Origin: an uncultured Erysipelotrichaceae bacterium
GTDB lineage: Bacteria; Bacillota_I; Bacilli_A; RFN20; CAG-826
Assembly: GCA_900314865.1 (NCBI GenBank)
Contig: OMWW01000006.1
Span: forward strand, 21,828 to 85,827
Reading direction: 5' to 3'
DNA: 64,000 nt
Below, piece after piece: positions 29,625 through 38,397 of this stretch. Numbering within the stretch: position 1 is the first letter of the stretch; each line of letters opens with the position of its first letter. The position numbers and the translations under genes are program-made. Below the pieces are notes generated by a model. That model ran no database searches. It saw only the letters and a list, made by a program, of their open reading frames with translations, and had not been told where the DNA came from.

Positions 29625-30392
29625 ATGGAAAGAATCATTGTTAAGGACAATTTAGAATATAAAGTTAATGGGAATTTTGCTTCTCTTTCTTTTGAAGTTG
29701 TCTCTAACAAAGAGGTGTCTTTATTTGTCAGTGATTTTGAGTGTCTAGAAGAGCTTAATTTCGAGGTTCAAGATGGGGCCACCTTACACCTATCAATGTT
29801 TGCCAAAAAACTCATCAATTCTTTAAAAATAACTGCAAATATTGGAGAAAATTCGAAAATTATCGTACATTTTGCAGATTTTACTATTGAGAAGAATCAC
29901 CTTGATGCTTCTATAAATCTTAATAAATATAACGCGTGTGCGGAATGGCATTTAGCCTCTTTATCCACTCTCAAAGATGATAAAGAAATCGCCGTCTCAA
30001 TTTACCATAATTCTAGTGACACTCATGGAAGAATTGATAATTATGGAGTGTGTAAAGATAATAGCAAACTTATCTTCTCTGGAATCTCTCATATTTTAAA
30101 GGGATGCCATCGTTCTACTAGCCATCAAAACGCAAAAATTGTGGTCTTTGATAATGACTGTAAAGCGATTGCAAAACCTATTCTTAAAATCGATGAAAAT
30201 GATATTGAAGCGAGCCACGCAGCTGTGGTTGGAAAAGTGAGTGATGAGCACATCTTCTATTTAACCTCCAGAGGCTTATCTGAAGAAGAAGCAAAAATGC
30301 TTATTACATTAGGTTATCTTAAACCTATTTTAAAAGGTTTTGATGAAGCAAAGGCTAATGAAATCAACGAATTAATCGAAGGAAGACTATAA
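29625..30392 (+). CDS. sufD: Fe-S cluster assembly protein SufD (short form)
   Basis: AKPILKIDENDIEASHAAVVG..FYLTSRGL; position in the suf operon. Confidence 0.9.
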   Translation: MERIIVKDNLEYKVNGNFASLSFEVVSNKEVSLFVSDFECLEELNFEVQDGATLHLSMFAKKLINSLKITANIGENSKIIVHFADFTIEKNHLDASINLNKYNACAEWHLASLSTLKDDKEIAVSIYHNSSDTHGRIDNYGVCKDNSKLIFSGISHILKGCHRSTSHQNAKIVVFDNDCKAIAKPILKIDENDIEASHAAVVGKVSDEHIFYLTSRGLSEEEAKMLITLGYLKPILKGFDEAKANEINELIEGRL

Positions 30393-30393
30393 A

Positions 30394-31629
30394 ATGTACG
30401 ACATTAATAAGATTCGTAATGATTTTCCAATGTTGAATAATAAAACTATGCAAGGTAAACCACTTGTGTATTTAGATAATGCTTCAACAACCTTTAAGCC
30501 ACAATGCGTTATTGATGAAATGAATAAATATTATCTTGAGATGAATGCGAATAGTCATCGTGGAGATTATGACCTTTGCTATAACATGGACATGGAAGTT
30601 CTCTTAGCTAGAAAAACTATTGCTAAGTTTATTAATTCTGAAGTTAATGAAGTTGTCTTTACTAGTGGTGATACAGAAGCCTTAAATCTAGTAGCCTATG
30701 GCTACGCTTTAGAATTCCTTAAAAAAGGAGATAAGATTCTTATTTCAATTGAAGAACATGCTTCAAACGTTTTACCTTGGTATCGCGTTTGTGAATTAAC
30801 AGGCGCAGATATAGCGTTTGTTGAATTAGATAATAAAAGAGTCACTATTGATGGAGTGAAGAAAGCCTTCAAAGAAAACAAAAACATTAAGATTGTCGCT
30901 TTAGCGCATGTTGGTAATGTTTTAGGTTATGAAATAGATGCAAAAGAAATAGCTAAAGTTTGTCACGATAATGGTGCGATCTTTGTTCTTGATGGAGCAC
31001 AGTCCGTACCACATAATCTAGTTGACTTTAAAGATTTGGATGTTGATTTCTTAACATTCTCCGCTCATAAGATGTGTGGGCCTACTGGTATTGGTTGTTT
31101 AATTGGTAAATACGATTTACTTCAAAAGATGGCGACTTTCCACACTGGTGGAGGAATGAATGTCACTTTTAAAAGTAATGGAGAAGTTATTCCGTTAGAT
31201 GCCCCTAGTAAGTTTGAAGCTGGCACTTTAAATCTTTCTGGTATTATGGGATTTAAAAAAGCAGTGGAATATTTAAGTGAACTTGGATTGGAAAATATTC
31301 ATAAACATGACCAAGAATTATTTGATTATGCCCTTAATAAATTAAAAGGACACGATCATATAATTATTTATAATGAAGACGCGCGTAATGGGATTATCTC
31401 CTTTAATATTAAAGGAGTGTTCGCTCAAGACGAAGCAACCTTACTTAACTCAAAAGGTATTGCCGTTAGAAGTGGACAACATTGCGCAAAAATGATCGAT
31501 GAAGTAATTGGAGAACCTGCTACAGTTAGGATGTCCACTTACTTATATACATCAAAAGAAGATATTGATGTCTTTTGTGAAAATTTAATCAATGGAGGAG
31601 ATATTTTAGATGCCTATTTCTTTAACTAA
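30394..31629 (+). CDS. sufS: Cysteine desulfurase SufS
   Basis: YLDNAST, DGAQSVPH, FSAHKMCGPTG, FEAGT and RSGQHCA. Confidence 0.95.
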   Translation: MYDINKIRNDFPMLNNKTMQGKPLVYLDNASTTFKPQCVIDEMNKYYLEMNANSHRGDYDLCYNMDMEVLLARKTIAKFINSEVNEVVFTSGDTEALNLVAYGYALEFLKKGDKILISIEEHASNVLPWYRVCELTGADIAFVELDNKRVTIDGVKKAFKENKNIKIVALAHVGNVLGYEIDAKEIAKVCHDNGAIFVLDGAQSVPHNLVDFKDLDVDFLTFSAHKMCGPTGIGCLIGKYDLLQKMATFHTGGGMNVTFKSNGEVIPLDAPSKFEAGTLNLSGIMGFKKAVEYLSELGLENIHKHDQELFDYALNKLKGHDHIIIYNEDARNGIISFNIKGVFAQDEATLLNSKGIAVRSGQHCAKMIDEVIGEPATVRMSTYLYTSKEDIDVFCENLINGGDILDAYFFN

Positions 31630-32044
31630 TGAAATGATGAGGTCCATTATTATGGACCATTCATCTAATCCTTCAAATAAGCACACTCCTTCTGGAGAAG
31701 GATATCAAAGTGTGCATATGCATTCTGATAACTGTATTGATGACCTCAATATCTATTTAAAGATTGAAAACAATATTGTTAAGGATGCTTGTTTTGATGG
31801 TATTGCGTGTACCATTTCTCTTTCTAGCACTGATATTATGTGTGACTTAATAAAAGGAAAGAGCAAAGAAGAAGCACTTTATATGATTGAACAATATAAT
31901 CACATGATGCATGAAGAACCATTTGATGACGAAGTTCTTGATGAAGCGATTGTTTTTATCAATACTTCTAAACAAGCCGCACGTATTAGATGTGCCACAA
32001 TTGGTTGGAACGCTGCAGATAATATCTTAAAAGGTAACAAATAA
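31610..32044 (+). CDS. sufU: SUF sulfur-transfer protein SufU
   Basis: [21 protein letters not shown] and RIRCA provide three Cys ligands. Confidence 0.9.
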   Translation: MPISLTNEMMRSIIMDHSSNPSNKHTPSGEGYQSVHMHSDNCIDDLNIYLKIENNIVKDACFDGIACTISLSSTDIMCDLIKGKSKEEALYMIEQYNHMMHEEPFDDEVLDEAIVFINTSKQAARIRCATIGWNAADNILKGNK

Positions 32045-33441
32045 TGGTAGACGATATTAAGTTCCAAGAAGATTATAAATTTGGTTTCAAAGACGAAGAT
32101 GTTTCTATATTAAAAACCGCGAAAGGTTTAACTGAAGAAACGGTTCGCCAAATTTCAGAGTACAAAAACGAACCAGATTGGATGCTCGAGTTTCGTCTTA
32201 ACGCGCTTAAAAGCTTTAAAGCGATGCCTCTTCCTAAATATGGACCAGATCTAACTGGCTTAGATTTTGATTCATTCACTTATTTCACTAGACCAAGTGA
32301 AAAAGAGGTTAAAAACTGGGATGAAGTTCCTGAGACAATCAAGAATACTTTTACTAAACTTGGTATTCCAGAAGCTGAACAGAAATATTTAAGTGGTGTT
32401 TCCACTCAATATGAATCTGAAGTTGTCTATCATAACATGCTTAAAGAGATTGAAGAGAAGGGAGTTATCTTCCTTTCTACCGATATGGCCTTAAAGCTAT
32501 ATCCTGATTTATTTAAGAAATATTTTTCTACAGTTATACCTGTTGCTGATAATAAGTTCTCTGCACTTAATGGAGCAGTGTGGTCTGGTGGCTCATTTAT
32601 CTACGTTCCAAAAGGTGTTCATTTAGATAAACCACTTCAATCTTATTTCAGAATTAATAATGAAAAGAGTGGACAATTTGAACGTACTTTAATCATTGTT
32701 GATGAGGGCGCAGATGTCCATTATGTTGAAGGTTGTACCGCTCCTACTTATTCCAAAGAATCTTTACATGCTGCGGTGGTGGAAATCATCGTTCTTAAAG
32801 GTGGAAAATGTAGATACTCCACAGTGCAAAATTGGAGCACAAATATTGTAAATTTAGTGACAAAACGGGCAGTTTGTTTTGAAAATGCGCAAATGGAATG
32901 GATTGATGGTAACATCGGTAGCCAAGTCAATATGAAGTATCCAGCTTGCATTTTAAAAGGCCGTGGAGCAAAGGGTACATGTATCTCAATTGCAGTCGCT
33001 GGTAAGGGTCAATTTCAAGACGCTGGAGCACGTATGATTCATGAAGCTGATGATACAACTAGCACCATCATTTCTAAGTCAATTGTGAAGAATGGTGGAG
33101 TTGCTAATTATCGTGGAACAGTTAGACATAAAGAGAATGCTAAAAACTGTCGTAGTCACGTTGAATGTGACACTTTAATTCTTGATCATTTATCAAAAAG
33201 TGACACCATTCCAAACAATGACGTTAGAAACAATACAAGTTATATCGAACACGAGGCAACTGTCTCAAAAATTAATGAAGATCAACTATTCTATTTAATG
33301 AGTAGAGGAATTTCAGAAAAAGACGCTACTCAAATGATTATTATGGGCTTTATTGAACCATTTTCTAGGGAATTACCGATGGAATATGCGGTTGAATTGA
33401 ACCAATTAATCAAAATGGATATGGAAGGTAGTGTAGGATAA
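32044..33441 (+). CDS. sufB: Fe-S cluster assembly protein SufB
   Basis: [34 protein letters not shown] and [15 protein letters not shown]. Confidence 0.97.
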   Translation: MVDDIKFQEDYKFGFKDEDVSILKTAKGLTEETVRQISEYKNEPDWMLEFRLNALKSFKAMPLPKYGPDLTGLDFDSFTYFTRPSEKEVKNWDEVPETIKNTFTKLGIPEAEQKYLSGVSTQYESEVVYHNMLKEIEEKGVIFLSTDMALKLYPDLFKKYFSTVIPVADNKFSALNGAVWSGGSFIYVPKGVHLDKPLQSYFRINNEKSGQFERTLIIVDEGADVHYVEGCTAPTYSKESLHAAVVEIIVLKGGKCRYSTVQNWSTNIVNLVTKRAVCFENAQMEWIDGNIGSQVNMKYPACILKGRGAKGTCISIAVAGKGQFQDAGARMIHEADDTTSTIISKSIVKNGGVANYRGTVRHKENAKNCRSHVECDTLILDHLSKSDTIPNNDVRNNTSYIEHEATVSKINEDQLFYLMSRGISEKDATQMIIMGFIEPFSRELPMEYAVELNQLIKMDMEGSVG

Positions 33442-33442
33442 T

Positions 33443-35317
33443 ATGGATTACCAAATTATTGTCGTTGGAGGAGGTCATGCTGGCTTAGAAGCTGCTTTTA
33501 GTAGTGCTCATATGGGCATGAAAACACTTTTGATTTCTTTAAACCTCAAAATGATGGGTAATATGCCATGTAATCCTTCTATTGGTGGTTCTGCTAAGGG
33601 CATCGTTGTTAGAGAAATTGATGCTTTAGGTGGAATGATGGGTATTGCTGCTGATCATCATTATCTTCAAATGAAGATGCTTAATACTGGTAAAGGCCCT
33701 GGAGTTCAATGTTTAAGAGCCCAACAAGATAAATTAGAATATCCTGCTTATTTACAACAAATGGCGGAGTCAACTCCAAATCTTTCTTTGAAAGAAGGAG
33801 AAGTTGTTGGTTTGCTTCATGATGATAACAAAGTCACTGGAGTCATTTTAAGAAGTGGTGAACAAATTACTAGTGACGTGGTTATTCTTTCTACTGGTAC
33901 TTACATGGAAAGTTATATCTTCCGTGGACATAACAAAACTAGTGCGGGTCCTGATGGAGAAAAGCCATCCATTGGACTTTCTGCATGTTTAAGAGAAATG
34001 GGAGTGGAAACTTATAGGCTTAAAACTGGCACCCCACCTCGTATTAGAAAAGATTCAATTGATTTCTCAAAAGCACAAATTGAACCAGGTACTCCTGGCC
34101 ATTTAGCGTTTTCATATATGACAAAGGAATTTATTCCTTTAGACGAACAGGAAGTTTGTTATTTAATTTACACAAATAAGAATACGCACGATATCATACG
34201 TAAACATTTAGATGAAACAGCGTTATATTCAGGCAACATCGTAGGTGTTGGTCCTAGATATTGTCCTTCTATTGAAAGCAAAATCATGACTTTTAAGGAC
34301 AAAGAAAGACATCAACTATTTTTAGAACCTGAAAGTAGATACACTGATTCTATTTATCTTCAAGGTTTCTCTACTTCTATGAGTGAAGAAGTACAAGAAT
34401 TAATGGTGAGATCTTTACCAGGTTTTGAAAACGCAGTGTTTCTTAAATATGCGTATGCGATTGAATACGATGCGATTAGAACTGAAGAATATAAAATGAA
34501 TCTAGAACTAAAGAAATGGCCTGGTTTATTTATTGCTGGACAGATTTGTGGAACTTCTGGATACGAAGAAGCAGCCGCTTTAGGCCTAATGGCGGGTATT
34601 AATGCTTCAAGAAAGCTTCAAGGAAAAGAGCCTCTTATTTTAAGAAGAGATCAATCTTATATTGGCGTTATGATCGATGATTTAGTGACTAAGGGCACTG
34701 AAGAGCCTTATCGTTTACTTTCCTCACGAGCGGAATTCCGTTTGTTATTAAGACACGATAACGCGGATTTAAGATTAACTGAGATTGGACATGATATTGG
34801 TCTTATTTCTGAAGAGAGATATGACTACTTTTTAAATAAGAAAAAGAACATTGAAGAAGTAACTAAAATACTTGAATCTACTTATTTAGGAAAAAGACCA
34901 GAAATTGAAAAATACGTGGTTTCTTTAGGGTTTAACGAACTAAAAGGTGGTGTTTTAGCGTCGGAACTTCTTAAGCGTCCAAACGTTAAATATGTAGAAA
35001 TATCTAAGTTTATTCCTGAGCTTGATAAGTATGATTTAGATGAACAAACCATCGAAGAGATTGAAATCATTGAGAAATATGAAGGCTATATTGTTAAGCA
35101 AAAACGTGATAGTCAAAACGCGATTAAACTTGAAGAGCTTAAGATTCCTAGTGATATCGATTATTTAAATATGAATGGCTTACGTTTAGAAGCTAGAGAA
35201 AAGCTCAATAAGATTAGGCCTTTAACTGTTGGACAAGCTAGTCGAGTGAGTGGAGTTAATCCTAGTGATATCTCTATGTTAATATTGAATATAAAGAAGA
35301 TTCTTAATCATGAATAA
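33443..35317 (+). CDS. mnmG: tRNA uridine-34 modification enzyme MnmG/GidA
   Basis: VVGGGHAGLEAA, MPCNPSIGG, RLKTGTPPR, GPRYCPSIE, GTSGYEEAAA and EPYRLLSSRAE. Confidence 0.98.
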   Translation: MDYQIIVVGGGHAGLEAAFSSAHMGMKTLLISLNLKMMGNMPCNPSIGGSAKGIVVREIDALGGMMGIAADHHYLQMKMLNTGKGPGVQCLRAQQDKLEYPAYLQQMAESTPNLSLKEGEVVGLLHDDNKVTGVILRSGEQITSDVVILSTGTYMESYIFRGHNKTSAGPDGEKPSIGLSACLREMGVETYRLKTGTPPRIRKDSIDFSKAQIEPGTPGHLAFSYMTKEFIPLDEQEVCYLIYTNKNTHDIIRKHLDETALYSGNIVGVGPRYCPSIESKIMTFKDKERHQLFLEPESRYTDSIYLQGFSTSMSEEVQELMVRSLPGFENAVFLKYAYAIEYDAIRTEEYKMNLELKKWPGLFIAGQICGTSGYEEAAALGLMAGINASRKLQGKEPLILRRDQSYIGVMIDDLVTKGTEEPYRLLSSRAEFRLLLRHDNADLRLTEIGHDIGLISEERYDYFLNKKKNIEEVTKILESTYLGKRPEIEKYVVSLGFNELKGGVLASELLKRPNVKYVEISKFIPELDKYDLDEQTIEEIEIIEKYEGYIVKQKRDSQNAIKLEELKIPSDIDYLNMNGLRLEAREKLNKIRPLTVGQASRVSGVNPSDISMLILNIKKILNHE

Positions 35318-35999
35318 GAAAGAGTTAGAAAAGTATCTATTAGATTTTGATCTAAATAATATAGATTCCTTTGAACATCTTTTAAAAGATACTTTAGCCA
35401 CTAATAATAAATTTAATTTAACCGCGATTAAGGACGAAGAGAAATTTAGAGAGCTAATGATTCTTGACTCTTTATATCCTTTACATTTATTAGATTTTAA
35501 CGATAAAAAGGTTATTGATGTTGGTACCGGTGGCGGCTATCCTGGTTTACCTCTTGCTTTAGCAAGTAAAGGGGAATTTACTTTGTTAGATTCTACTAAA
35601 AAGAAAATTGACCATATCAATGAATATGTTAAAGAAAGCCACATAAATAATGTCGTTGGTGTTTGTGATCGCGCTGAAGAATTCGCTAAAAAGAATATTG
35701 AGAAATATGATATCGCGATCGCTAGAGCAGTCTCTTCTTTAAACATCTTAGTAGAAATTATTTTACCTTTATTAAAAATAGGTGGATTTTTTATCGCTAT
35801 GAAAGGACTTAAAGGAAAAGAAGAAATTGAAGAAGCAAAAAAAGCGTTAAAAGAGTTAGGTGGAGAAGTCGTGGAGATTGATGAATTTGAACTTCCTGAA
35901 AGTAAAGAAGTTAGAATCAATATTTTAATTAAGAAAATAAAAACATCTCCGAAGAAATATCCTAGAGTTTATAAACAAATTATTGATAAACCTCTCTAA
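35310..35999 (+). CDS. rsmG: 16S rRNA m7G527 methyltransferase RsmG/GidB
   Basis: FNLTAI, DVGTGGGYPGLPL, RAEE, ARAV and KKYPR; directly follows mnmG. Confidence 0.95.
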   Translation: MNKKELEKYLLDFDLNNIDSFEHLLKDTLATNNKFNLTAIKDEEKFRELMILDSLYPLHLLDFNDKKVIDVGTGGGYPGLPLALASKGEFTLLDSTKKKIDHINEYVKESHINNVVGVCDRAEEFAKKNIEKYDIAIARAVSSLNILVEIILPLLKIGGFFIAMKGLKGKEEIEEAKKALKELGGEVVEIDEFELPESKEVRINILIKKIKTSPKKYPRVYKQIIDKPL

Positions 36000-36014
36000 T
36001 AATTATTAGAATAT

Positions 36015-36126
36015 AGATACTTCAGGGCAGCGAATTAACGCGACCGGCGGTACACCCCGCGAGCAGAAATGCAGGAACTTGTGAAATTCAAGTGGCGACA
36101 GTAAAGTCTGGATGGAAGAAGTATTA
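36015..36126 (+). ncRNA. FMN riboswitch (RFN element)
   Basis: CTTCAGGGCAG..GACCGGCGGT..CCGCGA..GTGAAATTC..CGACAGTAAAGTCTGGATGGAAGAAG; P1 ATACTTC/GAAGTAT; upstream of ribU. Confidence 0.93.
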
Positions 36127-36147
36127 TAAGATTTATTTCTTATATTG

Positions 36148-36174
36148 TAGCCCCTGAAGCGAGGGCTATTTTTT
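36148..36174 (+). terminator. Riboswitch expression-platform terminator
   Basis: TAGCCC..GGGCTA followed by TTTTTT. The internal CCCTGAAG is complementary to CTTCAGGG in the aptamer 5' strand (antiterminator). Confidence 0.8.
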
Positions 36175-36879
36175 ATGGAAAAATTTAACACATTTCGTAT
36201 CATCTTTGCGTTTTTAGCACTTATCTTACTTTTAGTAAGTTTTGCTTTTAAGAATAGAAAAAAAATTGATATTAAATTTATGACAAGAACTGCAATATTT
36301 GCAGCGATGTCTACAATTTTATATACAGTTCCGTTTCTTAAATTTAAGTTACCATTCTTCCCGTCTTTCTTGGAGATTCATTTAGATGAAGTACCTCTAC
36401 TTATTGCAGGATTTGCTTATGGTCCATTAAGTGGCATCTTTGCCTTATTAATTAAGACTATTATCAAATTACCAATGACCACTACAATGGGAGTTGGAGA
36501 ACTCGCTGATTTTGTATATAGCTTATTCTTTATTGTTCCAAGCGCACTTATCTATCAAAAACACCGTAATATGAAAGGTGCTTTAGTGGGTTTAGGAGTA
36601 GGTACAATTACTCAAATCTTAGCAGCTTCATTTATTACCACCTTTGTCATTTTAGATTTCTATATGATCGTGATGAATTTACCAAAAGAAGCGATTATGG
36701 GTATGGTCACAAAAGCAGGAATTCATATCGATAACTTGACGTGGCCGTTCTTCTTCTATGTAGGATTACCGTTTAACGCCTTAAAAGATGCGATGGTGGT
36801 CGCCTTAACATTGTTACTATATAAACGAATACATATCTTGGTGGAGAAAATACCGCAAAAAAGAGCACAAAAAAACTAG
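36175..36879 (+). CDS. ribU: ECF transporter S component, riboflavin (RibU)
   Basis: FLEIHLDEVP.LIAGF.YGP, GVGELADF and PFNALK; controlled by the FMN riboswitch. Confidence 0.88.
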   Translation: MEKFNTFRIIFAFLALILLLVSFAFKNRKKIDIKFMTRTAIFAAMSTILYTVPFLKFKLPFFPSFLEIHLDEVPLLIAGFAYGPLSGIFALLIKTIIKLPMTTTMGVGELADFVYSLFFIVPSALIYQKHRNMKGALVGLGVGTITQILAASFITTFVILDFYMIVMNLPKEAIMGMVTKAGIHIDNLTWPFFFYVGLPFNALKDAMVVALTLLLYKRIHILVEKIPQKRAQKN

Positions 36880-36899
36880 ATCGTTATGGTCTAGTTTTT
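36871..36899. terminator. Bidirectional terminator
   Basis: AAAAACTAGA..TCTAGTTTTT between the convergent ribU and ferredoxin genes. Confidence 0.7.
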
Positions 36900-36908
36900 G
36901 TTATATCA

Positions 36909-37088
36909 TTACTCTTCAACAGAGATTGCACCAACTGGGCAGACACTAACGGCTTCTTCTTCGCCTTCCCCTGTAACAGCTTCTGCTAAGCCGGAATCAC
37001 CGATAGCAAAATCATCTGGGTATGTACCTGCGCAACATCCGCAACCAATGCATAAGCTTTGATCGACTTTGACTCTCTTTTTAGCCAT
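36909..37088 (-). CDS. Monocluster [4Fe-4S] ferredoxin (59 aa; absent from the ORF track)
   Basis: Manual translation: MAKKRVKVDQSLCIGCGCCAGTYPDDFAIGDSGLAEAVTGEGEEEAVSVCPVGAISVEE; AGGAGG SD. Confidence 0.93.
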   Translation of the reverse strand: MAKKRVKVDQSLCIGCGCCAGTYPDDFAIGDSGLAEAVTGEGEEEAVSVCPVGAISVEE

Positions 37089-37173
37089 TGATATTTACCT
37101 CCTAGGTCTTAAGTCATTATATAACGACTATCTTCTTTTTGCTAAACATTAATTTATAAAATATTATTAATGT

Positions 37174-37830
37174 ATGAATATTGCTCTTATTGTCTTTGCG
37201 GGAACTGGTAGTAGGATGAATCTTTCGATCCCTAAACAATTCGTTAATGTTAAGGGAAAGGAACTATTTTGTTACACTGTGGAAGTGTTTCAAAATCATC
37301 CTTTGATTGATGAAATTGTTTTAGTAACCCACAAAGACTATATTGAACATGTTAAAGAATTAACCAAGTCTTATAACAAAGTTAAATACATCGTTAGTGG
37401 TGGTGATTCTCGTCAAGAATCAGTGAGATTAGGGTTAGAAGCACATCGATATTTTGATTCAGATAAAGTCCTTATTCATGATGGGGATCGACCTCTTATA
37501 AACGCGACAATTATTAGTGAAAACCTTAAAGAACTCGACTATTTTGATGCGGTGTGTACCGCAATTAAGCATAAAGAAGCCGCCTCTTTTGTCTCTAATC
37601 TTGGTAGAAGCAAAGTGATTGGTGATGAAGAAATTGACGTTCAAACTCCTCAATCATTTAAATATGGAATTATTAAGAAATATCACGAAGATAATAAAGG
37701 TGGAAATTTCTCTGATGATATAGGTTTGTTAGAGAAAGATATCGAAGTGAAATATGTTCAAGGCGACCCTCATAATTTCAAAGTTACTCTTGATGTTGAT
37801 TTAAAAGTTTTTGAATCTATGGTTAAATAG
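37174..37830 (+). CDS. IspD/TarI family cytidylyltransferase
   Basis: AGTGSRM..PKQF, GGDSRQESV, LIHDGDRP, QTPQSF, SDD and NFKVT..D. Confidence 0.88.
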   Translation: MNIALIVFAGTGSRMNLSIPKQFVNVKGKELFCYTVEVFQNHPLIDEIVLVTHKDYIEHVKELTKSYNKVKYIVSGGDSRQESVRLGLEAHRYFDSDKVLIHDGDRPLINATIISENLKELDYFDAVCTAIKHKEAASFVSNLGRSKVIGDEEIDVQTPQSFKYGIIKKYHEDNKGGNFSDDIGLLEKDIEVKYVQGDPHNFKVTLDVDLKVFESMVK

Positions 37831-37834
37831 TCAC

Positions 37835-38245
37835 ATGAAAAATTTGATTCTTAGTATTAAAAAACATCCAATTGCATATATCGTAACCTTCATTATCGGG
37901 TTACTTTTAGGACTTGTTCCTGTTCTTACACTCTACTTTGTAGAGAATCGCTCTCTTCACGGGGCATATAATGGAGCGGGTTATGCATTTTTAGGGATTC
38001 TCTTTTTTGGAGCGTTGATGTGGCTTGCTAATATGGGCACATATGACATTATGACTTATGGATTTTCACAAATGTTTACATCTATGTTTTCTAAGAATCC
38101 AAACAAATATAATGACTTCGTTTCCTATAAGGAAGAGAAGAACAAAAAGAGAGATTTTGCTCCAAAATATTATGTGGCGTTTTTATTTGCTGCAGTAGTA
38201 TACGCGATTGTCACTTTGGTGCTTTATCTTTGCTACACAATTTAA
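37835..38245 (+). CDS. DUF3899-like membrane protein
   Basis: Three TM helices; GTYDIMTYGF motif followed by a basic loop. Confidence 0.6.
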   Translation: MKNLILSIKKHPIAYIVTFIIGLLLGLVPVLTLYFVENRSLHGAYNGAGYAFLGILFFGALMWLANMGTYDIMTYGFSQMFTSMFSKNPNKYNDFVSYKEEKNKKRDFAPKYYVAFLFAAVVYAIVTLVLYLCYTI

Positions 38246-38281
38246 CCTTTTTTGAAACTTAAATTTATTTAGTTTTGAGGG

Positions 38282-38309
38282 ACGAGAAGAGCGAAATTCT
38301 CGTTTTTTT
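38282..38309 (+). terminator. Intrinsic terminator
   Basis: ACGAGAA..TTCTCGT followed by a T-tract. Confidence 0.7.
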
Positions 38310-38397
38310 GTTTGCAATGCATACGCGCTTTATTATATATTATTTAGCAAATACTATTTATGTGCGATACATACGCACAAGAAAAGGAGGTAAAAAT

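Noticed and set aside
32866-32868. CGG-to-Trp reassignment, reported for some uncultured Bacilli
   Set aside because: CGG encodes the conserved Arg in SufB VTKRA. This is a single site, but it supports the standard meaning.
34016-34018. AGG-to-Met reassignment, reported for some uncultured Bacilli
   Set aside because: AGG encodes the conserved Arg of MnmG RLKTGTPPR, so AGG is Arg here.
38275-38397. Upstream TTG start extensions given by the ORF track (also at 3995, 9206, 12897, 14995, 17779, and ATG 26617)
   Set aside because: SD position, signal peptides or family N-termini favour the downstream ATGs; the 38275 extension crosses a terminator.
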